A DNA stretch of 64,000 bases from Tubiluchus corallicola (taxonomy: Eukaryota > Animalia > Priapulida). The DNA lies in contig JAQGDQ010000130.1 in assembly GCA_030141605.1 (NCBI GenBank), forward strand, positions 205,974 through 269,973, written 5' to 3'. Shown here piece after piece: positions 26,153-39,699 of the stretch. The position numbers were made by a program, and so were the translations under genes. A model generated the notes under the pieces. It was not told the DNA's origin and searched no databases. It was given only the letters and a program-made list of their open reading frames with translations. How positions within the stretch are numbered: position 1 is the first letter of the stretch; the number at the start of each line of letters is the position of its first letter.

Positions 26153-29100
26153 CTACGGATTAGCTTCTGCTTTGCTAAGTGCTATTGCTAGTTCTAGATC
26201 AGCCTGCTCTTGGATTTCAAGTTGTCGACGTTTCTCGTCTTCGATCCTCCGACTCTCCGCCGTCGCCCACGCCAGCTGTTCCTCTTCTGACATTCCCTTC
26301 TTGCTCTTGAATGCAGACTTTTTATTCTTGGTGGCAGGAGCTGCAGGCACCGGTGGCACTTTGCTTTTACTGTTTGATTTTCTCAGAATGCCAAATGCTG
26401 ACCTTGAACTTTTGCTGGTGACCACTGGCGGGGATTCCACCACAGGTGGCGTTGGAGTTTGTGATTCAAAAGCAGAGCCAAAATTTGATGACCCAAAGTC
26501 GGCAAAATCGGCAAAGCCAGAATTAGATGAAGTAAACGGGTCGGTACTGCTAAATGGATCTGAAGTTATCGAGTCAACTGGCGAAGCACTTCCCCAAGGA
26601 TCATTCGGATCGTTGACAGGAACAGCATTCGGTTTTTTACCTGCTGGACTGGGGGCACGTGGGGGTACAGGTCGGGGAGGTTTTGGTGACTTTGGTCGAG
26701 CTGGCGGTTGAGGCGACCTCGAACGAGGAAGCTCTGGTCTTGGAGGTGGACCAGGTGATTTCGACCTGGGTGGTCCAGGCCGTGGCGGAGGACCTCTTTT
26801 CTTAGCTGCTTCAACAAGGGATTCAGCAGGGGCAAACGGATCAACAGTAAAACCCCAAGAGTCAGGAGATGTTGACGCATTGCCAAATGCATCAAACGTG
26901 GTTTCTTTAGCACTACCAAATGGATCAACACCACCAAAAGGATCAGCTTTATCATTTGTCCCAGCAAACGGATCACTGCCAAATGGATCAGAAGATGAAC
27001 CCAGTCCGCCAAATGGGTCAGACTTGAAGGGGTCACTTTCTATAAATGGGTCGTCAGGTAAAGTAGTACTGTTCGCTGCCGACCCAAACTGCGGAGTATT
27101 AGAAAATGGATCTGCAGATTCTATACTAGCACCATCAACAACAAAGCCATTAGATATTGTTTTTAAACTGTTCAGTTGTTGTTCCAGTTCTGGTTTAAGC
27201 ACAAATGTTGCACTCAAATCTTTGTCAGACACGTTTGTGAGACAGTTGATATCTAAGGATGAAAAAATATAGATGGTTTTGTTAAATGATACGTGGTGTG
27301 TAACTTTACTTGACAAAAAGAATGGAAATTTCCAAGATGTTGATGATAATCAACACCAACGTAGAAAATAAGAACAAAACTTATAATTAAAGATAAACAG
27401 TACTTCAAAGTGAACATGATTATTTTATTTCATAACTAATTATTTTGTCATATTTGATAAATTATAAAGTTAAACTTTGGTTTTGTTCAAATTGGGCCTT
27501 AAATTTTGGTTGATTGTGCCTGATTACAAATCGTCCGTTCTGAAAATACGTCGCATTACTCTTAGAAATTGACATTGTTGCTTTGCACGAAAATTTCGCT
27601 TGATTTAAACTGTTATAGCCATGTTTTTTCAGTGATTATTAACCTATTATTATTCACAAAGAAAAGGTTCACTAACTGGATGAATACTAGGGGGCTAAAT
27701 ACAGGAAAATAATAACAAAAATGGTAAAAATTTCAAATAAGAAACTTAATGAATTTCGACCAAAACAAAAGTGAACCTAGAGTGAACTATTGGTACGGTA
27801 GGGTTGTTACCAAAATGAACTCGGTAACAACTCTGATTGGAGGAGGAAATTTCAAGAGTCTATTACCAAATGATGCTACTATGAATAAGCACAAAATCAA
27901 GCAAATAAGAGGAACAGAAGATGTATAGCACTTACCATTAGCTAAACAGGCATCAAGACGTGACATGAGCACTTGCATGGCTTCATACTGTTCCTCAGCT
28001 TCACGCACCTGATTCTGAAAGCTCACAAGTGCATCCTGGGGATCCTTCAATGTTCCTTTCATCCTGACAAAATGAAAGAAATGATAAACAGGAAAAAACA
28101 TCTCCTTTTCATGAACAAAATAGTACTTCTGAGGCAAAATCAAACAAAATGAATCAAGTCGTTTAGAAGAATAAGATAAATTTAGTTAGAGTTGGATAAA
28201 CTTACTAGAAAACCTATAGCGAAATATTATGTTACCAAAGTGCAACTTGTTCCAGTTTTTTACTGTAAACTGACCTTATCTTTGGACACGGTCATTTTCT
28301 AGTTACTACCCTACCAAAGTTACTACCCTATGTGGCAGTGTAAGAAGCCAATGTTTGGTTGCCCAATTTAATGCGATTTTTTACTTTTAAACATATGTTT
28401 GACCAGGAACTACCCATTTAAAATCTATTCCCCATTTTGTACAATAAGCATCCACAATTTTCTTGGCTGACTCCTTGCGGTTTTTGAGTTATAAACCTTT
28501 TACAGTTTTTGTAACAGACTTATATTACTGATGTCTAAAAAAGTCTAAAATAGCGACAAGAAAGATGACAGCAGCAATAACAACAACAACAAAGCAACTG
28601 TAACCAATAAGGTAACAATCATAATCAATTCGACATAAACAGGTATCAATACCGCTCTCCTAAGACAACAGCAAAGATATTATTTTTAAAATTATGCATA
28701 CATCCGATGCAATAGCATAAGTAAAACCAACTTTCAGGCTGTTTAACTGTAAATATGCTCTTTAAGCTACACATCTATTTAAGCTACTAATTAAATCAGG
28801 ATCTCAATGGATGCAGAGTCAAAACTGGGTGTACAGTTAAGCCAAACTATACTTGTGGCTCTTAGTGAAAAACAGTACAACATTACCTGCTTGAGTGTCC
28901 TTTATAAACAGTTAAGTAGAATGCACCTTGATGCAAAACTAATTCAGGTATATCAGTAAAATATTTTCCGGTTTAATAAAAATACCTTGAGTAATCAACT
29001 GAAAATTTCGACATTTCTTTTTGGATCTTCTCAACAAAACCCCGACCAAAATGTTATATTGTATCCAATTATCCAAGACTAGATGAAATCTATGAGTCGC

Positions 29101-32100
29101 TTTTCGCCAATTGATTGTATGTAGTATTATTAACGTAACATCAATAGTTACTTCATTACTAACACGTAATTGTCACGCATCATATTTTGCAGCATGCATT
29201 TCTTTTGCATTACAGACTAAGATATTATTGATCAGTTATGTATAACTGCATACCAAAGGTTATGATAGATGAAAAGATAAAATGTTTAGACAAAAAAAGC
29301 TACATACTGAAGACAAAAATACACACACAAGTTTAAGTTAAAACACTGTAAAAGACAAAGAAGCACAGAGAAAGGCACACAAATGAAAATGCACCTTTGT
29401 AGCATTCGTTCTTCTACGTCTATTTCCTGTTGCAGTTTCATCTCCTCTGTTCTCAGCTTTGATAATTCTTGTTTCGAATCAGTCAGCTGATCCTCCTGAC
29501 TTCGAACAGTAGATTCCTAATATGACAAAGGTTTCCATTATTGCTTTTCGTAACACCATGATGTGAGTTCATTACATTTTACCTGTAAATTATGCCTTAA
29601 TTTTGTTGCTGTCAATACTTGAGGTCCAACATACCCACTCTCAATGTTTTAGGTCTGAAGACAATTTTGAAAGAAGAAAGATATTTCAGATTTGTTGAAG
29701 GATTTATGATGATGAGTTTACTATAGAAAAAGCCTGCATTAACTACTATGAGTTTAGGTTAATCAAACAAATAGTTATTATTAAAAACACCTAAACAACA
29801 ATAAATGTAATATGCCTGTAAACTTTCTACAAAGTTTCATCAAGCAGAAATATCAGTTTCACATCATATCTTCAGAGTCAAAATATAATAACAATAATCT
29901 TTATATAAAGTTGGCTATTTAAAGTCCAGTTATGGTGACTTTTCTTTGCAACATTATTAAAGTCTCCCAATAAACATGATGCACTAACACCAATGTATAT
30001 TACACAGTTAAATCATTAATGAAAAGCACAAAAAGACTTCTGAATATTTGAAATTCTTACATACTCAATGTGGCAGCTACTAAATGGGGCAGCTGAGCCA
30101 GATTTATCCTTAAAAAGTTTCTAATACAGGGTCGTCTAGAAAAAACATTCCCTAAAATTCACTTGTAACCCACCATCGCATTTGTAAAACAGATCTACAA
30201 TTCTACATTGTTGCATAGACTGGTTTCTACTATTTCCAAATAACTGTAAATTTTTCGCCAAGATGGCACTCCTTTAACGGCAGGTGAAATCAGAGAAACC
30301 AAGCTACACGATGATGCGTTTTTCAATTGCAAGTGAAGTGTAACTAGTTTGTTTGGAACAATGTTTTTTCTGGATGACCCTGTACATCAAACAGTACCCA
30401 TTCAGGTATTATTATTGTTGTTATTATTATTTATATAATTATCATAATTTATAGATTCATATGAACAATAAAAATTGAAAGCATTGCAATGTTCAAGAAT
30501 GTCCAGTTGGTTTAATAAAGATCCATACCCAGCACCCCCCTCGGCCCGTTCCCGTTCTCTACATCTCAGCCGTATAACTTTTGCAAAAAACGGCGGAAAA
30601 ATGGCCATTTTTGGAGGTTTTTTGCCCCCCTTCCTCGCGGTTGGCCCAATTCGAAAAATAAACCCCCAATGAGACGACACTAGATCTAGACCTTTCGTTT
30701 GATGTATAGATCGCCGCAAATGGTGCCGTCGTCCAGGCTGTAGCCTCGAATCTTATATATATATAACATACCAAGAATATTAATAAATAGATACTACCAA
30801 CAATGATTCTATATTTAGTGCAGAACAGGTTGCTAGGTATACCTGTAAAACAAGTTGTTCATGATACTCTAGTATAGCCCTAGACTCTTCTTCAGACCTT
30901 TGCTTTGAGTCCAGTGCAGTATTCTCTAGTTTTGATCTGCAATAAATACAATTAAAATTACCGGAAACAAATACTGAAAAAATGAATGAATGTTAGAAGA
31001 TGCACTTTTGAAAACCGACCACAAACATTTAGGTAGTTCTGTAGGGCCAAAAGAGGTAGTGACTATTAAACAAAGCAATAACACAGTGACAGAGTTCATA
31101 GCTAAGTGGTTATGTGTGCATGCTATGTGATAATGGGTTGTCACCGCATGGTTTAGATACTCACTCAGAGTGCTTTTATACGCCATATCGATTCTGGCTG
31201 CTTATACCTCGTATCTGCCAATTCTGTGGCTTACCTTAGAAGGATGTCCTTGATAATGAGCAAGGCTCCAGTCATGCCACAAATATCGTACTGAGCAGGC
31301 TGTGCCTTTGAATGCTGGTTCCGACTTACAATGAGCCTCAATTTAAAGCAGTTGGACAAAAGCATTTTTGTCACAAAGTCAATGGTAAAAAAATCTAATT
31401 GAACATGTCAATTAGCTATTATGAAAGAGTTAAAATTCTACGTTTAATTACAATCCTATTAAGTTCCACATGTGGGAGACAGGTTGTGCTACACTAAGAG
31501 ATTATATATGAAACTAGTCCACAATACGAAACATTGTATTACTCACTATTGAATATTTTCTGCCCGGCATATAATTTATCGTTGCAATGGAATTTGTTTT
31601 ACTGTAAAAATGTCGAATGCGGAGTAACTCTATTGTGATGTCACAACATAAAACCTGGCAAAAATCTTATTACACGAATGAGAAGAACAACATCACCGCA
31701 AAACAGACAGCTTTACAGAGTTATCCACAAGTGAATACGTGTTATCGTAAAACCTGAATTATCGAAATAACTCTAGTAATGCCAAAAAAATCACAGTCAT
31801 TACAGTAAAACTTGCAAAACAAATATACCGCTGAGTATCTAACTCATCCAGGCGTTTTTGTGCTTCTCCTTTCTGAGTCTCTAACTGAGTGAGAGTGGCA
31901 GATAACGTGTCTAGTTCACTTTGCAAAGACTTCATTTCGCCAGTTCTAATTTTGATGTCAGCCTACAAACATTACATGAAAATAATGACAGAATAACTGC
32001 CAACACAGCCAACAGGTGGCACTGTTGTGGGTAAAAACATGGCAGTACTGTTTAACACAAAACTATGGCAAACTATTTATATGCAAATATAAAAATATTG

Positions 32101-35100
32101 CTTCCCACTTGCAGCAAATAATCGGCAATGAAAAGCTTCGAGGTAAAACACTACAAAAAGTTTTTATGCTTAAAAGGGAAACAGCAAAGAAAAGAAACAT
32201 TGAGCAAGCATTTTGACAATGCGCAATAACTATTTTTACCTTTACTGTATGGTTAGTGCCAAGCTAAAAGTCGGGAAGTTGATTTTTGATGACCAATTGG
32301 TCCTTTGTTACCCTTTCTCCTTATTGCAATTATTAATTAACTATAGCACTTATTGTTTATCTTGTAATTCTGGTGTTAATTAGGAGATAAATAAAAAATG
32401 TCTATGTCTATATTCGTGGTAGAAATAGTTCTGTTTCCTTAAAGCCTAATTGTTTCGCAGCTGCCAACACTACTGACTCAGCAGTAATGTTTTCCAATAA
32501 GGTAAAGTGTTAATGTAATAAAATTAATAATTAACGTCTCATTGGATTGATTGCTAGCAAGTTAAGCAAGTTAAGCTCACTTTTTTCTGTGCAGTCACTA
32601 AAACCCATATTATAGTGATTCCTGAAGTGAATTAATTGTGCCAACAACACTAAACACTAGTTATAATACAACAATAGAGTTAACGGCTCAGTATTACACT
32701 AATTCCGCTCTGAAAATTCTGCATGTCTGGCACAGAGAAAGCAGTTAAAATTTTAGTCTTTGTTAATACTTGACCGGGGAGTTAAATCCACAAGCTTCTG
32801 CAAAATACTCTATAGCAATATCAGTAACACTAACAGTACAGAATGTAGTTTTTTGTTGATAAAAAATACAAGTGCACTTAGTTTTAGGGCACTTCAGAAC
32901 ACATGCAACAATAATAGTGCATAACTGCTTTTGTATTAAAACAAAAAAGTGAGGAGGCTTATCTAAGAAAAATTCATTAAGTAACCAGATGAAAAACAGC
33001 ATAACCAAAAACATGTCTAACTACCATGGCTAGCCCATAAGAAGAGCAAGCGCCAGAGGAACAAAAACGTTTACAATTTTTTTAGTTTCTTAAAGAAAAA
33101 TTTTATCTGTACAAACTATACAAAAAAACAACAACATAAGGAAGTGTGGCAGTTGAGCTGATAATAAATTGCATCAAACTGGTGTGGCCGTGACACTGAT
33201 GGGGCTGTCAATAAAAACAATATGGTAAATAATCTAAATAAATACACAATACTGGAATCACACATTAATTTAGGAAGCTGTGCAAATTGCAAAAGTTAAC
33301 TATTAAATGCATGATCAAACTTAAATCAGTCAAGTCAACAGTAAATGTTAGTTAACTGGGGACTTGCAACTTCAACTAATAGTAATTGAAACTAAACAAA
33401 AGACCAAATTTGCTGCAAACTAAAGAACAAACAGACAAATACAATAGGCTATTCATGGCACTGACGATTGCAGAGTTTGTTTGGTTTACCAGGAATAATT
33501 ACACAGATCAATGAATACCTGCAGTTGAGCAATGTCTTGTTCAAAATGTAACTTTTCACTAGCTAGTTCATCTAGTTCTTTATTTGTTACATCTAATTCT
33601 TTAGCAATTGCAGGATCACCAACAACAGATCTATCTCTCTGCAAAATAATCATTTACTGTTATATTAAGAATTTCTAGTCATACAATCATACCATTTGTC
33701 AGAATTTTTCATGCAAAAAGCAAAGTCATAAATCTTCCAATACTGCATTTTTGCCCAATTTCCTAAAAAAACTGGCAATTCAAAAATTCATAAAGCAAAA
33801 GTAATTTCACAATTGTCATCTTTTAATGATTAAGAATAATTGCTACATTGTTCAGGAATTCATAAATTAGTTTGAACTGACAAGTAAGCCTCTAATGTAA
33901 GTTCTCACTGCAGAGATCAAATCACTGAAAAGATTATGGGTTATATATGACAGGACACTATATGGTGACTCTGGCTGTACATATACAATCAATAAGAACC
34001 AGAGACATAAATTTTATTGGACCAGAGCTGGTGGAAGCCTTACACTGACTGGTTGACTGGTGGTGGCATTTATTTCATGGTCCAATATAATTGATCAGAA
34101 GTCAAGATTGTCACATTTGACTGTGCTGCTGTTAATTAGTGCAGCTTGCTAAGTAAATATAATTATTAACATTGGTGATGAGGCAAACGTTGCAGAATGT
34201 CTTCAGTTCTTATGCGAATGAAAAAAAAGTAGATATTTGGATATTAAAAATTAAAAAGGAAGTGCAATAAATTTGAAAAGGAAGAGTTATTGGTTTTCAT
34301 GTGCAATACAGAGTGTTCCAAAATAAACAGTGAACTAACAAATGCCATCCCTATATCAATATTACACCATATAAAGTTTGGTATAGTAAGTGAGTATGGT
34401 AGAAAAACTGAAATAAAGATGTAAAAGATATTTTATTATTGTATATACAGTTATATTTTTATGTCATTTCGATATCAATGCAGAATATGATGTAAGGTTT
34501 ATTTTGTCATATCTCTATTGCACTGTTTTTTGGGACACTATGTACAGTATATTATCAACTTGGGTTTCAATGAAATATTTGCAATACAGATGATTATAGT
34601 TAAGCAAATATTACATACACTATTATGTTAACTACAAACAGAAAGAGCAAAGTGAACTTAGCATGAAATGCTTAAATGAATTACACAACAAGACAATAAT
34701 TACGTATTAATCTCGATGGCATTTTGAAAAACTCATACCATAGGTCGTAAAGATGGCGGAATCATTTCGCTGGTCAATCCATTAGGAGGATCGATTCCCT
34801 GCAGTTTTCTCTCAACAAAGTACATTGCCAACGCAAACTGCTCTTCATTGAGTTTTCCTAGAAACAGCAAGTATATTCTCGAAGCCTTTCTACCTTAAAA
34901 ACTGAACTTTATACATTGGAGATAAGTAAATAACTAAAGTGTATAGTAGCTTTCATTTTTTGTACATTTACTCTCTTGCTACATCTAATCGCTCGAGTGT
35001 AGGTCAGTGCGGTGTGAATAGCCAAGTGATAATGCGCATGTGCTTCGCGACAGAAATTATGTCACACAGTGGCTGGTCACTAGCAAGCCGGACTAATGGT

Positions 35101-37676
35101 ATCGCGTGCTTTAGGGCCTAAAAGCATTTTAGCTATAAAGCCTGAAGCTAAACTCACATGCAGATATTTCAGTCAGTGTGTATTACAATTCTGGTAACAT
35201 TTTTTTAAGATCTTAAATGTCAGATAAACAAACATATGCATGCAGATTCAGAATTACTTTAGTTTAAATAATACCTAGAAGTAAAAATATTCTTCTGCAC
35301 TTTTTGTGGGCTTAATTTCAAACGCATGGGCCTTCATTTAAATTTATAAACATTAATTATTTTCTGCGATAATTTTGTTTTTAAGACATAGATCCAGCTA
35401 TAGCTTAAAATTTAATTGAGAAAACAAGTTGTTTAACTTTACAACAAAAACACAAAAGAATAAATCTTTAATATTAAAGAGCACAATTCTATTCAAGTTT
35501 AATCTGTAATCAGTCTTTTTTGCAGTTTTTTGTCGGTCTCTGGGAGGGGTGAGGGGAGAGGTTAGTCTTTGGCCCTTAGGCTAGAGGGTAACCTTGATAA
35601 CATAATGCTTAATCCACTACTGGTAACTAGTCAGTAAAGCAGTCTTGACTGCCTGGCTTTAATACTTGTTCACTGGCCAGACCAGGTTTTACTGCCCATA
35701 GTGGTTTACTGTTTATCTCACTGAGCAAGGAAGCACATACACCTGGGAGTAGGTAAGACTCCCTTCTGTTGGTGCAAGTCATGTTCTACCATTCAAAAAC
35801 ACATCTGTATTTGAGTGGTTGTGGTACAACTGGAATTTAGTCATCATCAAGGACAATTCTCTGCGAAAAGTCAGTGAATTGGCATATAAGCATTTTAGCC
35901 AAATTCAGAAGTGTATACATGACACATCACGTCCCCAACAGGGCAAACCCACGGCAGTATGACAGACGAAACCATCCAGAAGTAGTTTTACATTTAACTA
36001 GTCTATCATCAATAAACTGACTACATGGTCAGAAGTAGTGATAGGCAATTAACAGATTAATCGAATTAATCGAGATTATAACTATGTATAAATTGATATA
36101 ATTGAAAATTGAACAGTAATTCAGTTAATCGAGAGCAAAATATACGTGTTACACACCGACTAAAAGGCGTGTTTTAGCACAAATAAACAGAATCCTTGCA
36201 TTTTTTCTTTGTTTTTCTCAAATAAACAAGGTGCAGAATTGCAAACTACAGTGATGCAAATTAGGGGCTTCAAATTAGTTTTCACGTGACATGTGTAAAG
36301 ACATAGTAATAGAGAAGTTAATGAATGTGTGTGTCTATAAAAATAGTTTGGAGTACAAAAATGGCAGACATCGACGAAAGTTCAGACGTTTATAGGCCAA
36401 ATTTCAGTGCTACAATGTTTGAAAAATACGGCTAAAACACTAAAAAATTCCGAAAAAAACCATGATACTGAATTACAAGAACAAGATTATAATCGAATCA
36501 CAAAATTTCAAAATCACCCATTACTACTCAGCAGCACTTAGTCGCCTTGTTACTTAATGATCACTCGGGTATTTCATTTGCCTCAGGAGTTAAATCATTC
36601 TTTATAATTAGTTTAACCGCCTTCTAAAATCTTTAACTTTGAGTGTATTAGAGAAAATATGTTAAACGTGACATTTTGTACCACTGAAACCAAATCTTTT
36701 CCGCCTAAATGCTCTTATTTATAGACAACATGTCAATTTTGTTTCACAATCTGTTTAGACTGCACAAAAACAGGTTTATGTAAAATGACATTTAATTACC
36801 TGTCTGACTAATATCAGCAAGATTCCATATGTGTGCAAGTACCGGTTGCTGGACTCCCGACTGTAAGAACACGTCTCGCAAATCTGTTCCTGTTACGAAA
36901 CCATCGAGATCTCGATCCAGGGTCTTGAACATGGAATCGTATTTGATCTTCTCAGCTGACTGGACAATCCATGAAGCTCCGTGTTGCGGACTGTTTGCAC
37001 TCGCAGGTGACATGGTGCCAATCGGCAGTGAGTCAGCTCTTTGTTTTTGTTTTGATAATGGAATGAGGCTCAACGGAAGAGACTGTGGAAGCTCCTCCTT
37101 TGCTAGGCTAGCATTAATGAGATGCATGGCCACACAGAATTCATCTTTGTCAAGATTCCCGTCTAAGTCCATGTCACTCAGATCCCAGATCTTACTAAGA
37201 ATTTCAACGGGTAAATTGTAGCCCATCATGACCCCTTTGGCTTTATCACCGGTTAGGAGACCATTTACGGGATCTAAAGAGTTAAACATTTGTTCAAATT
37301 TTAACCAGTCTGCTTCAGATATTTCCCACTTGTCGACCACCATGGAAGTAGTGGGAATATCGCCCACAGATGGCGCTGGTATAGTGTTGTCCAGGATGTT
37401 GAGTAAGCTGACCTCTTTACCGTTCTGAGCAAGAGCGATTAATTTCAGTGCAATGAAGAAACCATCTTTGTCCAAGAACCCCCGGGCGCCTTTATCTGAA
37501 AGGTCCCAAATTTTGCCCAAAACATTGTCAGAAAGTTTTGATCTCTTGAGAAAATCTGCCGCATGTACAGCGCCTATGCTTCCCACATGGTCGGCATCGA
37601 CCAGCCGCCATAGAGTCTCATATGTGCTATGATGATGGCCAGATATTTGACTCAGAAGAGGTGGAGAGGTAGTCAT
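26153..37676 (-). CDS. EPS15: EGFR pathway substrate 15 (EPS15/EPS15L1)-like endocytic adaptor, about 897 aa, 8 coding exons
   Basis: Exons (minus): 37676-36800, 34857-34739, 33638-33519, 31962-31829, 30936-30843, 29516-29395, 28063-27936, 27252-26153; all GT-AG and phase-consistent, total 2694 nt. Three EH domains ([27 protein letters not shown]), a coiled coil, many DPF motifs, a proline-rich region and two C-terminal UIMs ([29 protein letters not shown]). Confidence 0.95.
30127..30382. mobile_element. Tc1/mariner-type MITE, 256 bp
   Basis: TA|CAGGGTCGTCTAGAAAAAAC ... GTTTTTTCTGGATGACCCTG|TA: 20-bp TIR with 2 mismatches. Confidence 0.8.
30520..30792 (-). mobile_element. Possible Helitron/Helentron-like non-autonomous element
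   Basis: GC-richer island. The minus strand begins A|TCTATTTATTAATATT followed by a TA run and ends in a GC-rich segment. No canonical CTAG end was found. Confidence 0.35.
31095..31335 (+). mobile_element. SINE-like element (tRNA-like head plus shared core)
   Basis: TAGCTAAGTGG A-box, GGTTTAGATACT B-box-like motif, then core GTCCTTGATAATGAGCAAGGCTCCAGTCATGCCACAA, shared with 4126, 4631, 5670 and 35800-35870 (minus). Confidence 0.6.
34309..34542. mobile_element. Tc1/mariner-type MITE (same family as 2713-2939)
   Basis: TA|CAGAGTGTTCCAAAATAAACAGTG ... CACTGTTTTTTGGGACACTATG|TA. Confidence 0.7.
35067..35622. mobile_element. Possible hAT-like MITE (degenerate)
   Basis: Ends CAGTGGCTGG / TAATCCACTACTG with subterminal GGGCC/GGCCC motifs; no convincing TSD. 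Confidence 0.35.
35790..35875 (-). mobile_element. SINE core copy (antisense)
   Basis: The reverse complement reads TTTTCGCAGAGAATTGTCCTTGATGATGACTAAATTCCAGTTGTACCACAACC, matching the core at 4112-4165. Confidence 0.6.
36036..36526. mobile_element. hAT-like MITE
   Basis: TAGTGATAGGCAATT ... AATCACCCATTACTA inverted ends; subterminal TAATCGA repeats; flanks gtcagaag / ctcagcag (6/8 identical, an 8-bp TSD-like pair). Confidence 0.7.
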
Positions 37677-38402
37677 AATGAAAGGTTCCTATAGAAAAAA
37701 ACAAAAGTAGTATCAGATTTTTTTTAGAATAAAGACCAATAAAAACTCTATTCATAGATACCAAAATTCATACATGAGATATTGTAAAATAGTTTTGCAA
37801 TAATAACATGGCTTCATACTGACGTTGTTTCTTTTGACATCCAAATTATGATTTGAAATACTACAAAAAAATAAAACTGTGAGTATTATGATGTATATAA
37901 AGCACATACAAACTATTACACTGTTGGGCAAAAATGGAATTTAAAATATAGACAAAGTAGTATAAAAATTGAAATCAAACACTATACAGTATTCAGAAAC
38001 TTGAGAATGCTACTAAATGATTATAACTAAATTTTCAGTATTTCAAATTAATAAAACAAGGTATATTGTAAGACAATAATTATCATGATAAGCACGTGAT
38101 AGGCCTACTACTAGCTACGTGCCTATCTGCAACTGTTGAATAGTGTAGACACGATAACAACGCTACTAACAACATTAACAAAGTTCAGATTGGCATGGTA
38201 GCTTTTTGTGATAAGTGGCCTACCAGCCTGATACCGTTTTCATATTGACCTGGAAGCATTCATTAATGAAACAAAAAATAGCTAATCCTTAATTTTTAAG
38301 CATTTGGGTGACCAGCATACGTAAATAAGCTAATTTAGACGATAAGTCAGTAAAAAGTTCACCAACAACACTTGACAAGCCAAAAATAACAGAAACTATT
38401 AC

Positions 38403-38535
38403 CTATTTTCAATCAATTTACTATTTTGAAAAATCACTTTAGTTCAGATCGATTAGACGCCATAACAGCTCAACAGCGATTCAAGCAGCTGGGCAACTCC
38501 TTGTCTATTCAATGTTGTGCCATCTATTGGTTGCT
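38403..38535 (-). promoter_or_regulatory. Putative non-coding first exon and promoter of the EPS15-like gene
   Basis: Minus-strand donor AG|GTAATA at 38403/38402; matching acceptor TTTTCTATAG just upstream of the ATG at 37676; CCAAT box (ATTGG at about 38526). Confidence 0.45.
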
Positions 38536-38699
38536 TTAAGAACTTTATCGTCATGTTGGGTGTATTTCTAAAAGTTGAAAAAGTGTTTAACATGTATCTG
38601 TTGCATAAAATTAAATATTAATGAAAATTTTTAAAAAACGTTTATTTTGTCTATTTGGTACACAATACTATGTTTTGTGCATGATGTATTAGGCATAGA

Positions 38700-39015
38700 A
38701 ACCATCAGACAAATATTTTTTCACCGACAGACATATCATGGTACCAGAGGTCACTCTTACAAAATCAAGAAGAGAACAGTTCCCGAAAGGTGGAACAGAA
38801 GAAGATTCACATTCGCAAGGCGAGTAATTAATGAGTGGAACAAGCTGCCTGACCATGTAATACAAGCACCCAATCCTGCCCAGTTTAAGTCTCGTCTCGA
38901 TAGACTTTGGAAAAATAATCCTGAAAAATATATAGACCCCAGGTTGCCACAATGGCAACAAGAAACCTTATGCTTCACTTCGTGATCGCAGTGTCGCCAC
39001 CCATTATGTATTCTT
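38700..39015 (+). mobile_element. CR1-clade LINE 3' fragment
   Basis: TRGHSYKIKK..RRFTFARRVINEWNKLPDHVIQAPNPAQFKSRLDRLW is the typical CR1 ORF2 C-terminus. Confidence 0.88.
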
Positions 39016-39699
39016 AAATAGTGATAAAAGTAACAAGGGAGAATGGAGAGGTTTATAAGCTATGTATGCTTAACCTCTATCCTTCGACGGTAACGGTAAC
39101 GGTAATGTATCGGCATGTAACATGTTTAAAGTTAAATGTATTACAAAGTTTGAGGACTGTTGAAAATAAATGCAGCCTGAAAGGAATTGTACGATCATAT
39201 AAAATATAAGATTTCTCGTCTTTATGTTGCAAACCTACCAGAAATGTATATTCATAGTTATTTATATTACTACACTAAGTTTACTACGTCTTACTATGTT
39301 TATATTATTATTATATAATAGATGTATGTATTTATTAATCATTCCTATTTTGTAGTGTTCTAAGTTTTGTTTTTACTTGAGACGATTTATTGCTTTAAAT
39401 TGTCTTTCATTTTTCTTGACTTGTATTCAATGAAAACTAGAAAAATACTTTACTTACATCATTAAAGTACAAGTCAAGTTTTTCCAGGGCTTTTATATGA
39501 TGAAAAGGGTGTGGCCCGTGTCGTAAAAATGGCGGTTTGAACATTTTGTCGTCCAGTAAAATTTTATCAAAGGAAAGTTTTTTAACTGATGAAATTCGAG
39601 TAAACATTCGAATTAGGCACTGTAAACTGAATTTAACTCATAGAAAATGAAAATCGGATTCCGGTTTCCCATATTTGTTTTTGTTCAGCATGACTTGTT

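Noticed and set aside
26147-26155. EPS15 stop context TAG CTA as a readthrough signal
   Set aside because: A second in-frame TAG follows after one codon, and the known motif is UGA CUAG.
26172-27272. Long antisense and alternative-frame ORFs over the last EPS15 exon (similarly over EPS15 exon 1, ZCCHC10 and STOX)
   Set aside because: Shadow ORFs of GC-richer coding sequence with no recognisable motifs.
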